Origin: Heteronotia binoei
Lineage: Eukaryota
Assembly: GCF_032191835.1 (NCBI RefSeq)
Contig: NC_083230.1
Span: forward strand, 79,360,001-79,424,000
Direction: 5' to 3'
Length of the DNA stretch: 64,000 bases
Shown: positions 23,353 to 36,877 of the stretch, in pieces
Layout of the letters: each line of letters begins with the position of its first letter
How positions within the stretch are numbered: the first letter of the stretch is position 1
The notes under the pieces: generated by a model
Told to the model about the DNA's origin: nothing
Database searches by the model: none
The model's input: the letters and a program-made list of their open reading frames with translations, nothing else
Program-made: the position numbers and the translations under genes

Positions 23353-25783
23353 TACTATGAGTAGTCCACAGAACAGGCAATCTGATCTGGAAATTAGCCA
23401 CATGCTTTTGAGCCTAAGGCTTCCAGAGTATATTGCTTAGAATCTTCATCACAGGTTCAAGTTTTGTTTCATTGTTTTTTACATACAGGTATACAATCCA
23501 GAACTATTTCAAGTACATACGATAACCAATTACCTAAAGTAATTTTTATTTATATTAATAGGTAGACAGCCATTTAATTGTAAATGCCAAAGGATTTTTT
23601 GGGGTATAAATTTGTTCACATTAAGTATCTGCTTTGTAGCCTAACTTGCAGTGCACTCCTAAGTGGAATCTTTAAAGCTTTCAGTGGAGTTAAAAGGATG
23701 TAGCACTATATAGAATGTTGCCAGATTTGTGAAGTGGAGCCTGGGGAGGACAAAATTTGTGTGTGGGGGGGGGGGGGAGGGACCTCATCTGCGTATGATG
23801 CTATAGTCAGCAGCCATTTAATCTAGCTAAACTGATCTTTGTCTGGAGATCAAGTGTAATAGCATGAGATCTCCAGATGCCACCTGGAGGCCAGCAGCCC
23901 TACTTACAGGCACCTGCAGATATGTTACAGTTCCAACAAAAAAAGTTTCCTTTTTCTACTGACTTCATTTCTATTTATAGAATAATCATTGCATTACATA
24001 TCTCAAGCTGGGATGTCCCTTTTACTTTGCCATGTCTTTGCTCCAGGATAATTTTCTTTTGTTCCCTTGCTTTAGTTTCTATCCTGTTGCTCTCAAGTAT
24101 ATTCTAATTTTTTCTATCACCAGTGTTGCTAAGTTCTGCACTCACTAGTGCCAAAAGAAAATTCACAAACTTTTCACTTGTGTCAAATTTGAAATGCATA
24201 TACTTAATGAGACTACACAGAATAACTTATATTTTGATAGAATCTGCCAGGAGTCTCATCAAGAAAGGCAGATGGCAAAAAAATACAAACTATGAAGCAT
24301 CAAGCTGTCAGATACTAAATATCACTGCATTACCACTTTAAAATGCAAATGCTGTTGAACACTGACCTTCAGACTTTAAATACAAAATGCAAAGGGCCCA
24401 ATACCAATATTCAGCAAATATATTTTAGACAACAAAACAGTTAAGTTCTGGTTCAGATTAAATGAAGAACCTATATAATTTAAGCACAGAATTTTAGTTT
24501 TCTTAAATTGAAGATAAAGCTCCATTCACTGATCTTTTTCCATGCTTATATGAACTGGAAGTGAGATTGTGTGGTTTGAGTCTTTCACTTGTGTTCCTTT
24601 CAGTAAGAGCTTTGGCTAAGAACATAAGTGCTGATATTTCAATACTCAGACAGTCAATGAAAAGACATAACTCTTGGTCTAGCTTTATTTGCAATCTAAA
24701 TTACTTCCATTTTCCCTGTACTCATTGGAACCAGAACTTCAAACAGTCTTTTATGTAAAGTGCAGGTGAACCAACATATATACATGTTAACTTCATTTTG
24801 ACATGCACACACAGCATTTGCTGGAATAACATCTGTTTCTCTGAACTGTCTTCTTTACAAAGTAAAAGAAGGGATCGTGCTTCAACAAAGATATCAGATT
24901 AACTTGTAACTATGTCTTTCTTCCATTGCACTCCTATAACAAAACAAAAACAAAATTAGTCTATACTGTGGTAGTACCCCTCTAGAAAGCTAGTTTTGCT
25001 CTCTAGAACAAGACACAGTCACTAAAAATAAGATTCAAGTAGTGGGAGATGTTCATACCACAACACATTTTAAAAACAAATTTGTTCCTCCCCCCCCCCT
25101 CAGTTCATTCTCATAAGAAATACTTGCCTTTAGCAAATATTTAGCAAGCAGCATACTTTTGTTGGTTTGCTGCAAGATTATCACTGTAGCAGACTTGGGC
25201 ATGCCCTAATAATCATTCAACTCCAGTTCTTGTTATACTTAAAAGGGAGATACCAAAGATAACATATATTTTTTAAAAAATTCTTACAAGTTTATTTCTG
25301 CTTCAGAACTGGATACAGAAGAAAACAAAGGGGAACAGAAAGATGTCATTACAGCCGGGATAGTGAGCAGAATTAAACATGCTGGGGGTGGGTGGGTGCT
25401 GGACAGACTGAAAAACCTCTTCTATTGGCTGTTGCAAACTCCAGTGAGAATATATTATATGTATGCACTTGCTTATTGTTCCTAGACACTTCCTAATCTG
25501 ACACTGCATCCACTATCCCATGCTGAATTTTACAAATCAAAGGATACATAGTTTGACCTACACAGGATCACTCATAAAGCTTTAATAGGCAGGAGAGAAG
25601 GATGTCTTCTCAGTCTGAAGCTGCAGCATATAGATGTTCTTTACAGGTTCTCCATTGAATAGCTAAACAAAATCTTAATGGGGGGCTTTTGCTACAAAAT
25701 GCACATAGGTTTAACAGACCGTTTTCTAAAAAGAATAGGAAAAATGGAACTGAAATTACTGCCTTTATCAGCAGCCGTACCTA

Positions 25784-25921
25784 TTAGTCATCATCATCAT
25801 CATCCTCTGGCACAAAGATATCATGTTCCTCAAGCAAAGCTGCAAAGCTCTTGCTGATCTGCGTCCCAACATAGAGGAAGGGAATTACAACGGAAAATAC
25901 TCGGAGAAGACCAAAGGGCAT
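25784..25921 (-). CDS. SMDT1: Essential MCU regulator (EMRE), coding exon 2
   Basis: MPFGLLRVFSVVIPFLYVGTQISKSFAALLEEHDIFVPEDDDDDD*. Single TM with GxxxS and a poly-Asp tail. AG acceptor at 25922-25923. Confidence 0.97.
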   Translation of the reverse strand: MPFGLLRVFSVVIPFLYVGTQISKSFAALLEEHDIFVPEDDDDDD

Positions 25922-26209
25922 CTACAGGGATAAATACATGTTAGTATCTTTCAGAAGACAAGTGTTGCCAAACTAAATAGCCATCAGCAGTGTCGGTGCT
26001 TATGTAGTTGCTAGAATAACTAAATCCAGAATTCATGGAAATATTTAAATTGCATCCTACCAAGACTTGTTCCTGTAACAAATAATTATGTGACCTCACA
26101 TGGTTCAATGTGTTTATTCCCTGTGCAAAAAAGCTTGAAAGAATGACTTTAACATAGCCAATTTATAACAGGAAAACAAAGTCTAAACATCAAAGATACA
26201 ATTCAATTT

Positions 26210-26455
26210 GCCCTGACCTGGATAGCCAAGGCAAGCCCAATCTCGTCAGATCCCAGAAGCTAAGCAGGGTCAACTTGTGGTTAGCACCTGGATGGGAGAC
26301 TTCCTTGAAATACCCAGTCAAGAGGACAAGGGCTGGCTCTATTCAGCCACCTTTCTGAATACCTTCCAGAGCCCCAGTAGGGGTCAGTCTCCAGAGGTCA
26401 ATATGACTTCCAGCTGCAAATGCACACACACAATATATATACAAAATACCAAAAA
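26210..26455 (+). mobile_element. 5S rRNA-derived SINE
   Basis: Head cccaatctcgtcagatcccagaagctaagcagggtc...tggatgggagac is a diverged 5S rRNA with box A/C, followed by a non-5S body. Related copy at 42455. Confidence 0.75.
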
Positions 26456-27203
26456 GAAAAAGATACAACTAAATTTAGGATGATCCCAGAGGCATACTTA
26501 AGAAAACAAATGTCTGTAATAATTTGACGTAGTGGCTCCTATATCAGGAAGAAAGTCTACTGTACCGAATGATGTGGGGAAATAAATTTAGCTTCTATTC
26601 TTTTAGCAATAATACAGGACTTAGTACAGCATTGAGCTTTATGACCAGGAGCCTGTATATAAATTTTTTTATATAATATATTTGAAGACACTTTAAATAA
26701 TCAGTTGGTCTGGGACCGGAGAGAGTCAAACCTCTAGTTAGTCACCACCACACAGGTCTGTGGTGACAATAAGATGTCGGAGGGAGTGATAACGAGCCTG
26801 CACTGCACAGTCTGTAAACCTACTAGACAAAGGGAAGCAATAAATGGAAAGAAGGACCTTCGGAGCTTATGTATGAATATACAAGTTATATACTAGCAAG
26901 GCAGTCCCATATTTTCCAACGTAGATTCACTGCAATCAAAGAGCCCACCCCTTCCATTCCTTCTCTTGTCTTTGCCAGACCCTTTCAAATAGCACTTCCG
27001 CGTTCTGAGGGCCTCCGGGCGAATTACAATATTCATCGATCCAGCTTTCTGTCACTCAAGCGCAAATCCCGCCCTCTACCGAAACCGTGTAAATTACTGG
27101 CTGGCAAACCAGCCAATAATACTATAATGGCGCATCTGATTGGTTAATACTTACTCTCCCCCCGCCCCCGCTTCTCCTTTAAGGCTTTCCCTCAGATACT
27201 CAC

Positions 27204-27347
27204 TTTGACGGGCTTCGGCAAAATGGCACCAGACTGGGTGACCGTAATGCTGCGTGATGGTGCCACGGTAGCGGAAGGGCTGCCATGGATCTTGGTGGGT
27301 TCCGCCCTCCTCCAAGACCCAACCGCTGCCAACAGACGCCCAGCCAT
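27204..27347 (-). CDS. SMDT1: EMRE coding exon 1 (mitochondrial targeting sequence; total 93 aa)
   Basis: MAGRLLAAVGSWRRAEPTKIHGSPSATVAPSRSITVTQSGAILPKPVK|GTGAGT. The SGAILPKPVK motif is conserved in EMRE. Confidence 0.95.
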
Positions 27348-27750
27348 CTTCTTTCCGGAGCCGCTGCCCTCGCGAAGACTAGTGTAGCAACGCGCCCGGG
27401 ACTGTGAAAGCAGCGGGCGGTGCTTTCTCAAATCTCGTGATACCGAGAAGGGGCCAGTGCGCATGCGGCTGAGTTGCTGCTTAGCCCGGGAGCTGCATAA
27501 AGGTGGGAGTGGGGGTTAATGCGGACAAGTGAGAGAGAAGTGTGCTTTTTTCTCCCTCTGACAGAACGCCATTCCGGAACCTCTAATGGGCCGGGCCGGC
27601 AGGGAGAAGACAGCGGGACTGGCCTTTCATTGGCCAGCGGGGCTCTTCTCCTCAGCCCTACACTCCCATGATATGGCATGTGTCTAAACTCAGCTATGAG
27701 AAACCCTTGAACTGCCCGCCGCACGGAGAATTTCCTGTTTAGCTGCCGTC
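27348..27750 (-). promoter_or_regulatory. SMDT1 CpG-island promoter
   Basis: NRF1-like tgcgcatgcg at 27458-27467, ETS ttccggaa, CCAAT (cattgg), and YY1-like aagatggc over the ATG. Confidence 0.7.
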
Positions 27751-27834
27751 GGGAGCTAATGTTTCATTCAAGTTCCTCCCCCTTCCTGTTCTCTTCACTG
27801 TCTGTGGCAGTCTACAATCCTTGCTTCCTGATTT

Positions 27835-28238
27835 ACTCCCGGTGGTGCATGTCCGGGCTGTGGACTGGTACCAGTCCCTGGTATGTTAACAACCGGGCCA
27901 CAAAGGCATGGTGCTCTCGGCTTCCCGGCTCACAGACTCGGGCAGCTAAGAGCCACAGGGCAGTGCCTGCTCTCCTCCCAGCCCTTGCAGGGGAGGGAGT
28001 CTTGGAGCGATGCAGAGGTGCCCCGCCGCCTCTTTTACCTGCCCAGGATCCGGGCGGACAAAAGAGTCAGTGCGGTCTTGTTTTGAGGCCATACAACCGA
28101 TCCAGGGCAGGCGGAAGAGGTGGTGTGGCAGCAACCTTGGCCTACGCATTTAAAGACCCTGCCCGATCAGCTGATTGGTGAGGGTCTTTAAATGGGAGAC
28201 AAAACCGGTCCCTGGTGCCAAAAAGGGTGGGAACTGCT
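27835..28238. mobile_element. hAT-Charlie/MER20-like MITE
   Basis: Subterminal ccggtccctggtgccaaaaaggg. Internal hairpin atttaaagaccct...agggtctttaaat. Confidence 0.5.
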
Positions 28239-29854
28239 CACAGGGCCGGATCTAGGGAGGGAGGGCAGAGGAGGGTGCTTGACCCGGGCGCCGATGGAGG
28301 GGAGGGGCACCAAATTGGGTATGAAGTCCATTATATTCTATGGGACCATAAGATAGAATGGCCCATAAGGAGGCGCCATTTTTTAATGTTGCGCCCCCCC
28401 CCCCTTCAAAAACATGTAGATCCAATCCTAAGGGTCACTTCCTAGAGTACACTATAGATATTGGGGAGGAGGAAAGCAGCTCTCCCCTTCTACCCCTAGG
28501 ACGCAGAAATTTGTTTCCAAGGAGAGAGGGGAGTTTTAAACCATCACTTTCTAGAATAAGGGGGAAATACCGAGATAAGCTGATTGAATGGAGCTGTAAG
28601 TAGGGATAGGTACTGGGCTCCCTTACATGCATTTTGGAGACAGAGTTGGAGTTGTCAGCTGACCAGCCAAAACCCAATCAGGGCAGCTTGAGCTGGGGAG
28701 AGAGAGTTAAACACCGAATTTCACATGGAGCATGGTCTTCTGCTACAGTCTACAGACCAAGCTGCTCTTATAGGCATAGGAACAGAGAATGACAAAAAGT
28801 TGGCTGCATTATCAGGCTGTTGTGTTCCAAGCAACTTAGTTATCCCACAATGCATAATCTTTATTTCTTTTACTAACATTTCAATGCCTCCCCAAAACCA
28901 TTACAAAGAAAAGGCTTTGCAGACAAAGTCATCCTTCTAGGCAAAGGTTAGGAGCACTTTGTACATGTTCAGAAGCCAAATGCTGTGCAAACAAAGCCAG
29001 CTGCCTAGAATGTCATCCTCCTTAGCCAGAAGGAGGATGTACATGCCCAAGCATAACAGCTACTGTTTTGCAGAAAGCACTCAGTACATGCTCAGTGTTG
29101 CTTCCCCTAGAGATTTTTAAAAGACTTCATGTCTGCTGTACAGACACATAATGGCTGCTCCATCAGCAAAATATTTGCTGCCCTGAGCAAAAAATCCCTG
29201 GCTACAGGCCTGCTACTGTTTGTTTTCCAGCAATTTTAAAAGCCATGTGGTCTTCTTCCCAATATGTCACATCCCAGACCCACTCCTTCAGGCTTTCCAA
29301 AGTCAAACGGAGGATCTTTCTTCTTGTTCTATTTCAAACTATTGAATTATTTATCCTTGTTTTTTATAACTCCATGATCTACGCTGCCCTGTCCAAGCTA
29401 GCCCAGCCCATAATAGGTGGAAGACTTGTTTTCATTTATGGGCCTGACTTTATAATCTGAGAAAGAAATGAGTCCTTAAGGCAAAAACATCTTCCACTGA
29501 GGCCCAAAATGTTGTTCAAGTTTGTTGCATTTTATTACCACCTTTTCTCCCAAAGAATGTAGCAAAATGAAATGCTGAGGGCCAAACCTGATGTTGGGCA
29601 CTGTTCCACATGCCTTCCCATGTATCCTCTCACTGACTCACCCACTTCTAGTACAGGATCCTGGATAAGAAAAAAGGTTTGTGGGAGGGAAACTGATCAG
29701 GGGAAGGGTTCTGTGCTCTCTCTTGGGCTCCTGTTTTCCTTTTAAAGTTCTACTGCCCAGATCTTCATTTTATGTTTAAACACATGGAGCTGCCACTCTC
29801 CTGTCTCACTGAAAACAAACTTAGTAAACAAAGTGTCCCATTGCATAGAAAAAA

Positions 29855-31450
29855 TAAGAACATAAGAGAAGCCACGTTGGATCAGGTCAATGGCCATCCA
29901 GTCCAACACTAAGTGTCACACAGTGGGGGGGGGGGGGAATAAAAACCAAGCACCATCAGGAAGTCCATCAGTGGGGTCAGGACACTAGAAGCCCTCACTG
30001 TGTCCCTGCCGCCCCAAGCACCAAGAATACAGAGCATCACTGTCCCAGACAGAGAGTTCGAACAATAGCCACTGATAGACCTCTGCTCCATATGTTTATC
30101 CAGTCCCCTCTTGAAGCTGTCTATGCTTGCAGCCACCGCCACCTGTGGCAGTAAATTCCATGTGTTAATCACCCTTTGGGTGAAGAAGTACCTCCTTTTA
30201 TCTCTTCTAACCCGACTGCTCAGCAATTTCATTGAATGTCCACGTATTGTGAGAAAGGGAGAAAAGTACTTCTTTCTCTACCTTCTCTATCCCACACATA
30301 ATCTTGTAAATCTGTCATGTCACCCCTTAGTAGGCTTCCCAAACCTCCCGCTCTGGCGGGAGACCCCTGGGTTCGCAGCCTCATCTCCCGCTCTTCAAAA
30401 ATCAGGATGCGGGGGTGGGGGGTGGAGGGGGGGGGAGAACATACCTGTAGGCTTCATGTTATTATAGAGCTCCTGAGCCGTTTGTAAAATGTATGCCCCT
30501 TTAAGGCTGGGCAGGAAGCAGGAAGGGCTTGGGAGAACGGCCCCTCCCTTTCTTTTGCTTTCGTTTTCACAGCAAGAGTTCTCCGGAAGAAGATCTGGTA
30601 AGTATTTGTGTGTGAGAGAGAGGGAGGGGGCAGGGGATTCCCTGATTTGGAGGCCCTCCCCCCCTTTAGAAAGCGGGGGTGGGGAGGGAAATGTCTACTG
30701 GGCACTCTATTATTCCCTATGGAGAACGATTCCCATAGGAAATAATAGGGAATTCATCCGTGGGAATTGGGGGCTCTGGGGGGGTCTATTTTTTGAGGTA
30801 GAGGCACCAAATTTTTAGTATAACATCTAGTGCCTCTCCCCAAAATACCCCCCAAGTTTCAAAACGATTGGACCAGAGGGTCCAATTCTATGAGCCCCAA
30901 AAGATGATGCCCCTATCCTTCATTATTTCCTATGGAAGAAAGGCATTTTAAAAGGTGTGCTGTCCCTTTAAATGTGATGGCCAGAACTCCCTTGGAGTTC
31001 AATTATGCTTGTCACATCCTTGTTCCTAGCTCCACCCCCAAAGTCTCCTGGCTCCGCCCCCAAAGTCCCCAGATTTTTCTTTAATTGGACTTGGCAACCT
31101 TACCCCTTAGTCACCGTTTCTCCATGCTAAAGAGCCCGAAGCGTTTTAACCTTTCTTCGTAGGAAAAATGTCCCAACCTTTTTATCATTCTAGTTGCCCT
31201 TTTCTGCACTTTTTTTCCAATGCTGTAATGGTGACCAGAATTGTACACAGGTGTGGTGTGGTGTGGTGACCAGAATTGTACACAGTATTCCAAACGAGGC
31301 TGCACCATCAATTTATACAGGGGCATTATGATACTGGCTGATTTGTTTTCAGTTCCCAGCACAGTGTTGGCCTTTTTTATTGCAGTCCCACACAGTCTCA
31401 ACATTTTCAGTGAGTTATCTACCATGAACCCAAGATCTCTCTCTTGGTCT
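29855..31450 (-). mobile_element. CR1 LINE 3' fragment interrupted by a MITE
   Basis: ORFs 29909-30232 and 31111-31425 encode CR1 ORF2 C-terminal motifs (QPRLEYCVQFWSPH; RRYFFTQRVINTWN). taagaacataaga tail. Confidence 0.9.
30331..31102. mobile_element. hAT-type MITE (TAGGGTTGCCAA family) with perfect TSD
   Basis: Ends taggcttcccaa / ttggcaacctta. Identical flanks CCCCTTAG at 30323-30330 and 31103-31110. Confidence 0.88.
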
Positions 31451-31769
31451 TGGTGGCTGTGAATTGATGACCCACCAATCTCCCCGTTTGCATTCTGTGA
31501 TCAACTTAAAATCTTGTGTGTTTCTCCTTCATTTCTATCTTGAGAGTTCTAGCACCACTTTTTCCAGGAAAAAGCCCCAGTAGACATGGGTATTTCCCTC
31601 ACCAGAAGCTGAACTGGTTGGACAAAATGATGGAGGCAGTTAGGCCAGTCCTTCAGATTACACAGCATGACTACACACATACAAAATATTTAAATAAAGC
31701 AAGACATATAAACTAATATAAGAGTGCCAGTGTGAATTTGATTTAATCAATGGTGGAGTGAAAACTGGT

Positions 31770-31925
31770 GGAAGGAATACTAAGTCTGAAATATGCAAAT
31801 AACGCCACATTACTGGCAGAAAATAGTGAAGACTTGAAACAACTACTGGTGAAGGTCAAAGCAGAAAGTGTCAAAGCAGGATTACAGCTGAACATCAAGA
31901 CAAAAGTAATGACTACTGGGGGATT
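31770..31925 (+). mobile_element. RTE (BovB-like) LINE RT fragment
   Basis: SLKYANNATLLAENSEDLKQLLVKVKAESVKAGLQLNIKTKVMTT, a degenerate RYADDTTL region. Confidence 0.8.
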
Positions 31926-34103
31926 TCACAGCTTTCAAACAATTACACAACGGTAATTCAATGGTCCGTTGTATATTTGTTTGGAGGTTTAAATCTTCAT
32001 TCTACCATGGAAGCTTGCTAGGTAATCTTGAGTCAGTCACACTCACCTACAGGGTTGTGAAAATAAAATGGAGAAAGGGAGAATTACATAAGCCACTTTG
32101 GTCCACCTTCGGGAGAAAAATGAGGCATAAAGAAAGAAATATGCACAAACCCTGGAAAGTTGTGTGTGTGTACAGAGTCTGCCATAAAAGCTTTGAAAAC
32201 AATACATGAATATTCACATGTGAACCTGCAGCAAAACAAGGGAGTGTGCAGGCTGTTGAAGAAGTGGTTAACAAAAAAACACTGCCCTCCTAGCCAGAGT
32301 TAAACCAATTGACTTCAAAGTACTTGGAAGGATGTTTTTTAAGACTGAACTATAAATTGCCAGATTTGAGAAGAGAGCATATTGGCTGAAAGCTTTGTCA
32401 TAATTTGATAGTAGCTCACCATAGGAATGAATGCAAAATACATGCCTGAAGGAGGCAGCATTACTTTCTCAGAATCTCCAAGGCTCCTCTAACTGGAATG
32501 TCTGTACAACTACGGTATAGAACCATGTATTTTTGTATGATTAGTTGGTATGCACTAGCTTTGGCTTGTATTCTACAAGTGAATGCAGTACCAATATTTT
32601 ATTTGGATGGAAGAAGAGTTCATTTCAGTGCAAGTTTTTTATATTGAGATATATAATCAAATACCAATAAAAATAAGTTTCCTGTGTCTAAATATTAAAG
32701 ATTTCTGAATCTTGCAGATTGGGAAGGGGTCCATAGAAAACAGAAAAGACCATGTAACTTATTTTCTTCTGTGGTTATATTACATGGACCAGAGGGCAAA
32801 GCTCTTTGTGACCTGGAAAATTACGGCAACTTTAGTCAGCTGGAGGAAAGTGCACATGCCATCTTCTTGAAGTGGGTTGGTGGGGAGGTTGTCCTGTCCT
32901 TGCTTCTCAAGTAGAGCTGGTTGTTCCTCATCTTCAGTGTCCATAAAAAACCCTGAGGTTTACAGAATAGGCAGCGATGAAAGTTACTTCACACAAGCTA
33001 CAAACTTTAAAAAAAAACCTTTATTCAGTATTAAACAGAATTACTAATAACTGAAAAACAATATATTTCCTTGTTCTGTATGTAACACTGCCCATGCAAA
33101 TATTTTTTTAAAAAGTAAGACTGTATTGTATACATTTCATGCAAAGCAACTTCAACATTGCAAGAGTCTAAATTCCATTAAGTTCCGTATAGTTTGCAAA
33201 TCTATTAACTGCTAATATGAATATTCCAGACCAGCTGGAAGAAAATTTGTCTTTGGATCCTGATATAAAAGTTTTCATTTCACATTTCACTCCTTTCAGA
33301 AGTGCAGCTTTATTTGCCATGACAGCTTGATTTTTTTTTAATTTAATAAAAGAATTGTGATGGTTATTTTTTTCTCCAGTTCTCCAATATTCCACCCTAT
33401 TTAGGTATTGCAGTTGTCCACATAAATAAACAGAACAGATGTCTTATGATTACCATCTGCATTGGCTTACACTTGAATGGCTTTGTTGGTTCAACACTTA
33501 AAGTTTATTTATGTGCAAGTCCCTTAAAGAGAAAACTGGAACTAAAAGATCAGAAAGCAATATGGTATGCAAGAATTTGTGTACACCACTTAACTCCTCC
33601 ATCTCATATTAACACGAACTAAGCTATAGTTCTCAGTCATGATCATAGAAATCATTACTCAGTGGTTGTGGTTGAGAAAAAATTAAAAGTCATTGCTTTT
33701 ATCTCTGCCTTGGTCCATCCTATGAGATAGTTTTATTCAAAGATTGAGAGTGGAATGGCAGTATTGAATCCTTAGCTGTGCATATTTGAAATGTGAGGTG
33801 TGTACACAGCTGCAATGTCAAAACAGCCCACCTGTAATGTTCAGAGATATCAATGTTATGACCTGTGATTGAACTTTTGAGAATAGGGAGCTTACTAGAA
33901 GTAACAAAGATGATTCACTCAGGGATTTTCAGTTTTGCCCTTCACAGCTGCTATTTCTTCACCCATCAAGAGCTTTTGCTTTTTTAAAAAAATCAGTAGT
34001 ACGAATATTGCTATAGTTTTTGGATATTATAGCAATATAGCTACTATCAATTTAACACCAGTCTGCCAGGGATGCTGGGGAAAACAGAATCAGATGTTGG
34101 CAG

Positions 34104-35065
34104 TGAGGTGTGGAAATATATAACTTCATATCTACATGCTCTCAAAGCCCACTCTTGAGTTCCATCTTTAAGGACAGATTATAACACAGCAGAGCCAAGG
34201 AAAGACCGAGAAGGTGGGTAACAGCACAGTGATGTCAAGTGGCAGGCTAAAAGAAAATTACTGTAGCAAAGGAGGCATGGAACAAGATCCATGAGAAAAG
34301 CAACCTTAATTTTAAATCCAACTTTGGAGTGAGGCTTTGTGAGTTAATACCTCACAGAGAGCCTTGAGTGACAGGCTGCTCAAAGGGATTTGATTGGTTA
34401 GCATCAGTAGAGCAGAAAGACTTGGGAAATGACTGCTGAAGAGAACTCAGTTTCATTCTAAGAACTTGAACAGTTTCGTTCTGACTGAGGAGAGTTAGCA
34501 CTTAGAAACATTTAACACTGACTGAGGACTGAGAAGGTTGGCAAAGAGGATCCGCGAAGACCCCCATGTGGCCAGAAAAAGGGATAGATCTTCTAGTTAA
34601 GTGATTTCCTGCCCAGTTGATAAAGGAGATAGCTCAAAGTTTGGAGTGCTTCCTGGTGTGTTCCCTGCCTTCTGAAACCTGAAGAGTCAGTTAAACTCAA
34701 AAAAATGAACTGGAGTGTTCAGAGAAGGAATCTGCACACTTTTCCTGCCTTCAGAAATCTGAGGAGTCAGTTTAAACTCAAGGAAATGAACTGGAGTGTT
34801 TAGGAAACACCAAAATCAAAGTCTCTAGTCTCTAAGCTTGTTAGACTGTGAAAAGCTTTAAACTCTCATCTGCTGGAAACATGTGGATGGGAAATTACTG
34901 TTACCTCAGAGTTCATTATTGATTTACGGCAGACATTTTACCCCTGGTTTCACCTGACTTTTCCCCCTCTGTGTTGAATAAAATATTATTTTTGAACTTA
35001 AAAAGCCTCTTGTGTGCCATTTTCAGAAGTTTAAGTTAAGGAGTGTGATCTAGTTTCTTCCCTCA
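34104..35065 (+). mobile_element. Solo-LTR-like segment
   Basis: TGAGG...CCTCA inverted termini, AATAAA near 34978 and a direct ~65-bp duplication (34663-34728 / 34742-34805). No TSD found. Confidence 0.5.
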
Positions 35066-36877
35066 TGATATGGCTATGTGAAGTTTATTTATTTCAAACT
35101 TTTTCTATCCTGCACTGTGATCCAAGAGTATCCAAGGTGGTTTACAATAATAAAATTTAAAATAGTAATCACAACCATAAAACATGCTAAAAATAAAGCA
35201 GATAAAAACTTGCTTAGTTAAAATCAGGGAACAAAGGAGAAACTCGACTAAAAGCAGATAAAGGGGAAACTAGTTACTAGCGGGGGGTGGTGGTTATAGA
35301 AAAAGCCCAGCAGGAACTCATCTGAATATTAGGCCATACCCCTGATGTCACCATTGTCCCACACAGGGCAGGAACTCATTTGCATATTAGGCCACACACC
35401 CTGATGCCAAGCCAGCCAGAACTGCATTCCTGTGCATTCCTGTTCAAAAAAAGCCCTAGTTACTAGCATTTTTTAAAAAAACTTACCCTAGCACCCAAAG
35501 AACTGTAAATTCAGCCTTGGATGGACTTCCCAGTGTTGGTGCTACAACAGAAAAGACCCTGTCTCTGGTTTTTGCCTACCACAACTCAGACTGAGGATAC
35601 ACAGAGCAGAGCTTTGGATGACCTTTGTTGGCAGGCAGGCTCATACAGGTAAAGGCAGTCCTTCAGCTACCCTGGACCTAGGTCAGATATAGGTTTATGA
35701 GAGATACCTGATTACTATTGTGTAACTGTATAAATGCTTTGAATATTTAATATGTGCTATATAAAATTACTAAGCATTTATTCTAGTGAGTAGGAAAGGC
35801 ATATAGCTTCCATGTTTTTAATTTGTATTACTCTTATAGAGCAGAAATACTGTGAGTGCTGAAATATACATATTTAAATGGGAGTAATAGCTTTCTGCAA
35901 AATCAGATATGAAGTGGGAATTGGGGCATTAAGAACCTACAATTATGAAGAGAAATTTTTCAAGTCCCATATGAACAACTTTCTCACTGACCAGTTGACT
36001 TGTTTTCTGGCCTGTCCATATAAAATATATTCAACAATACAGGTCAAAAGCCCAGTGCAATTTATGTGAGCTGTTAATCCTCAAATTAGGGCTATTAGCC
36101 ACCAGAAGAAAACTGATTAACAGCTGAGATGGCAATGCCTTTTCTCACACAATCCTGCAAAGACTTATAATTTGTGCAAGTTTCTGTAAGTTCTTCCACT
36201 GCAGACACTTTTAAAAAAAAATCAGTTTTAAAATTGACTCCACATTGGTGGCAGAAAGTGCCGTCAAGTCACAGCCAACTTAATGGTGACCCTGTAGGGT
36301 TTTGAAGGCAAGAGACATTCAGAGGTGGTTTGCTATTGCCTGCCTCTTGTCTTGGGCACCCCACTTTGAACCAATTCTAGACAAAATTATGAAAGACTGT
36401 TATGGTTCTTGAGGTACATGTTGAGTATAAGATTTGGGGACAGCAAGGCCATTTCTTCGGCCTCTGAGAATGCAAAGATCTGGTAGTAAGTATCCCAGCA
36501 TATACACACATAAACCCTCTGTTGTGTGGTAGTAAGAGTGTCACAGCATTAGGATTGGGGAGACCCAGTCTGAAATCCCCACTCAGCTGCTCCCTGGATG
36601 CTTTTGGGCCAGACACTCTGCAATCTGCTTTGCATGGCTGCTCCAAGAAAAAGGAGGAGAGAAGAATCATATATCATATGCCTCTATGAGCTTTGCTGAG
36701 GAAGGGTGGAATAAATGGTAAGAGACAGACTTGCAATCAGTCATGGGCTTCCAGAAAGCAATATAGGTAATCTTTGGTGATTCTCTTGGCTAAGAGATCA
36801 ATCCAGAAAGTGCAGCAAGGTCACTGAATGTGCTTGACATGTATCGTTCTTTGCCCCTTGACAAACAACCACTCTGT

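Noticed and set aside
26210-26310. 5S rRNA gene
   Set aside because: Diverged, lacks the true 5S ends and oligo-T terminator, and continues into a SINE body repeated at 42455.
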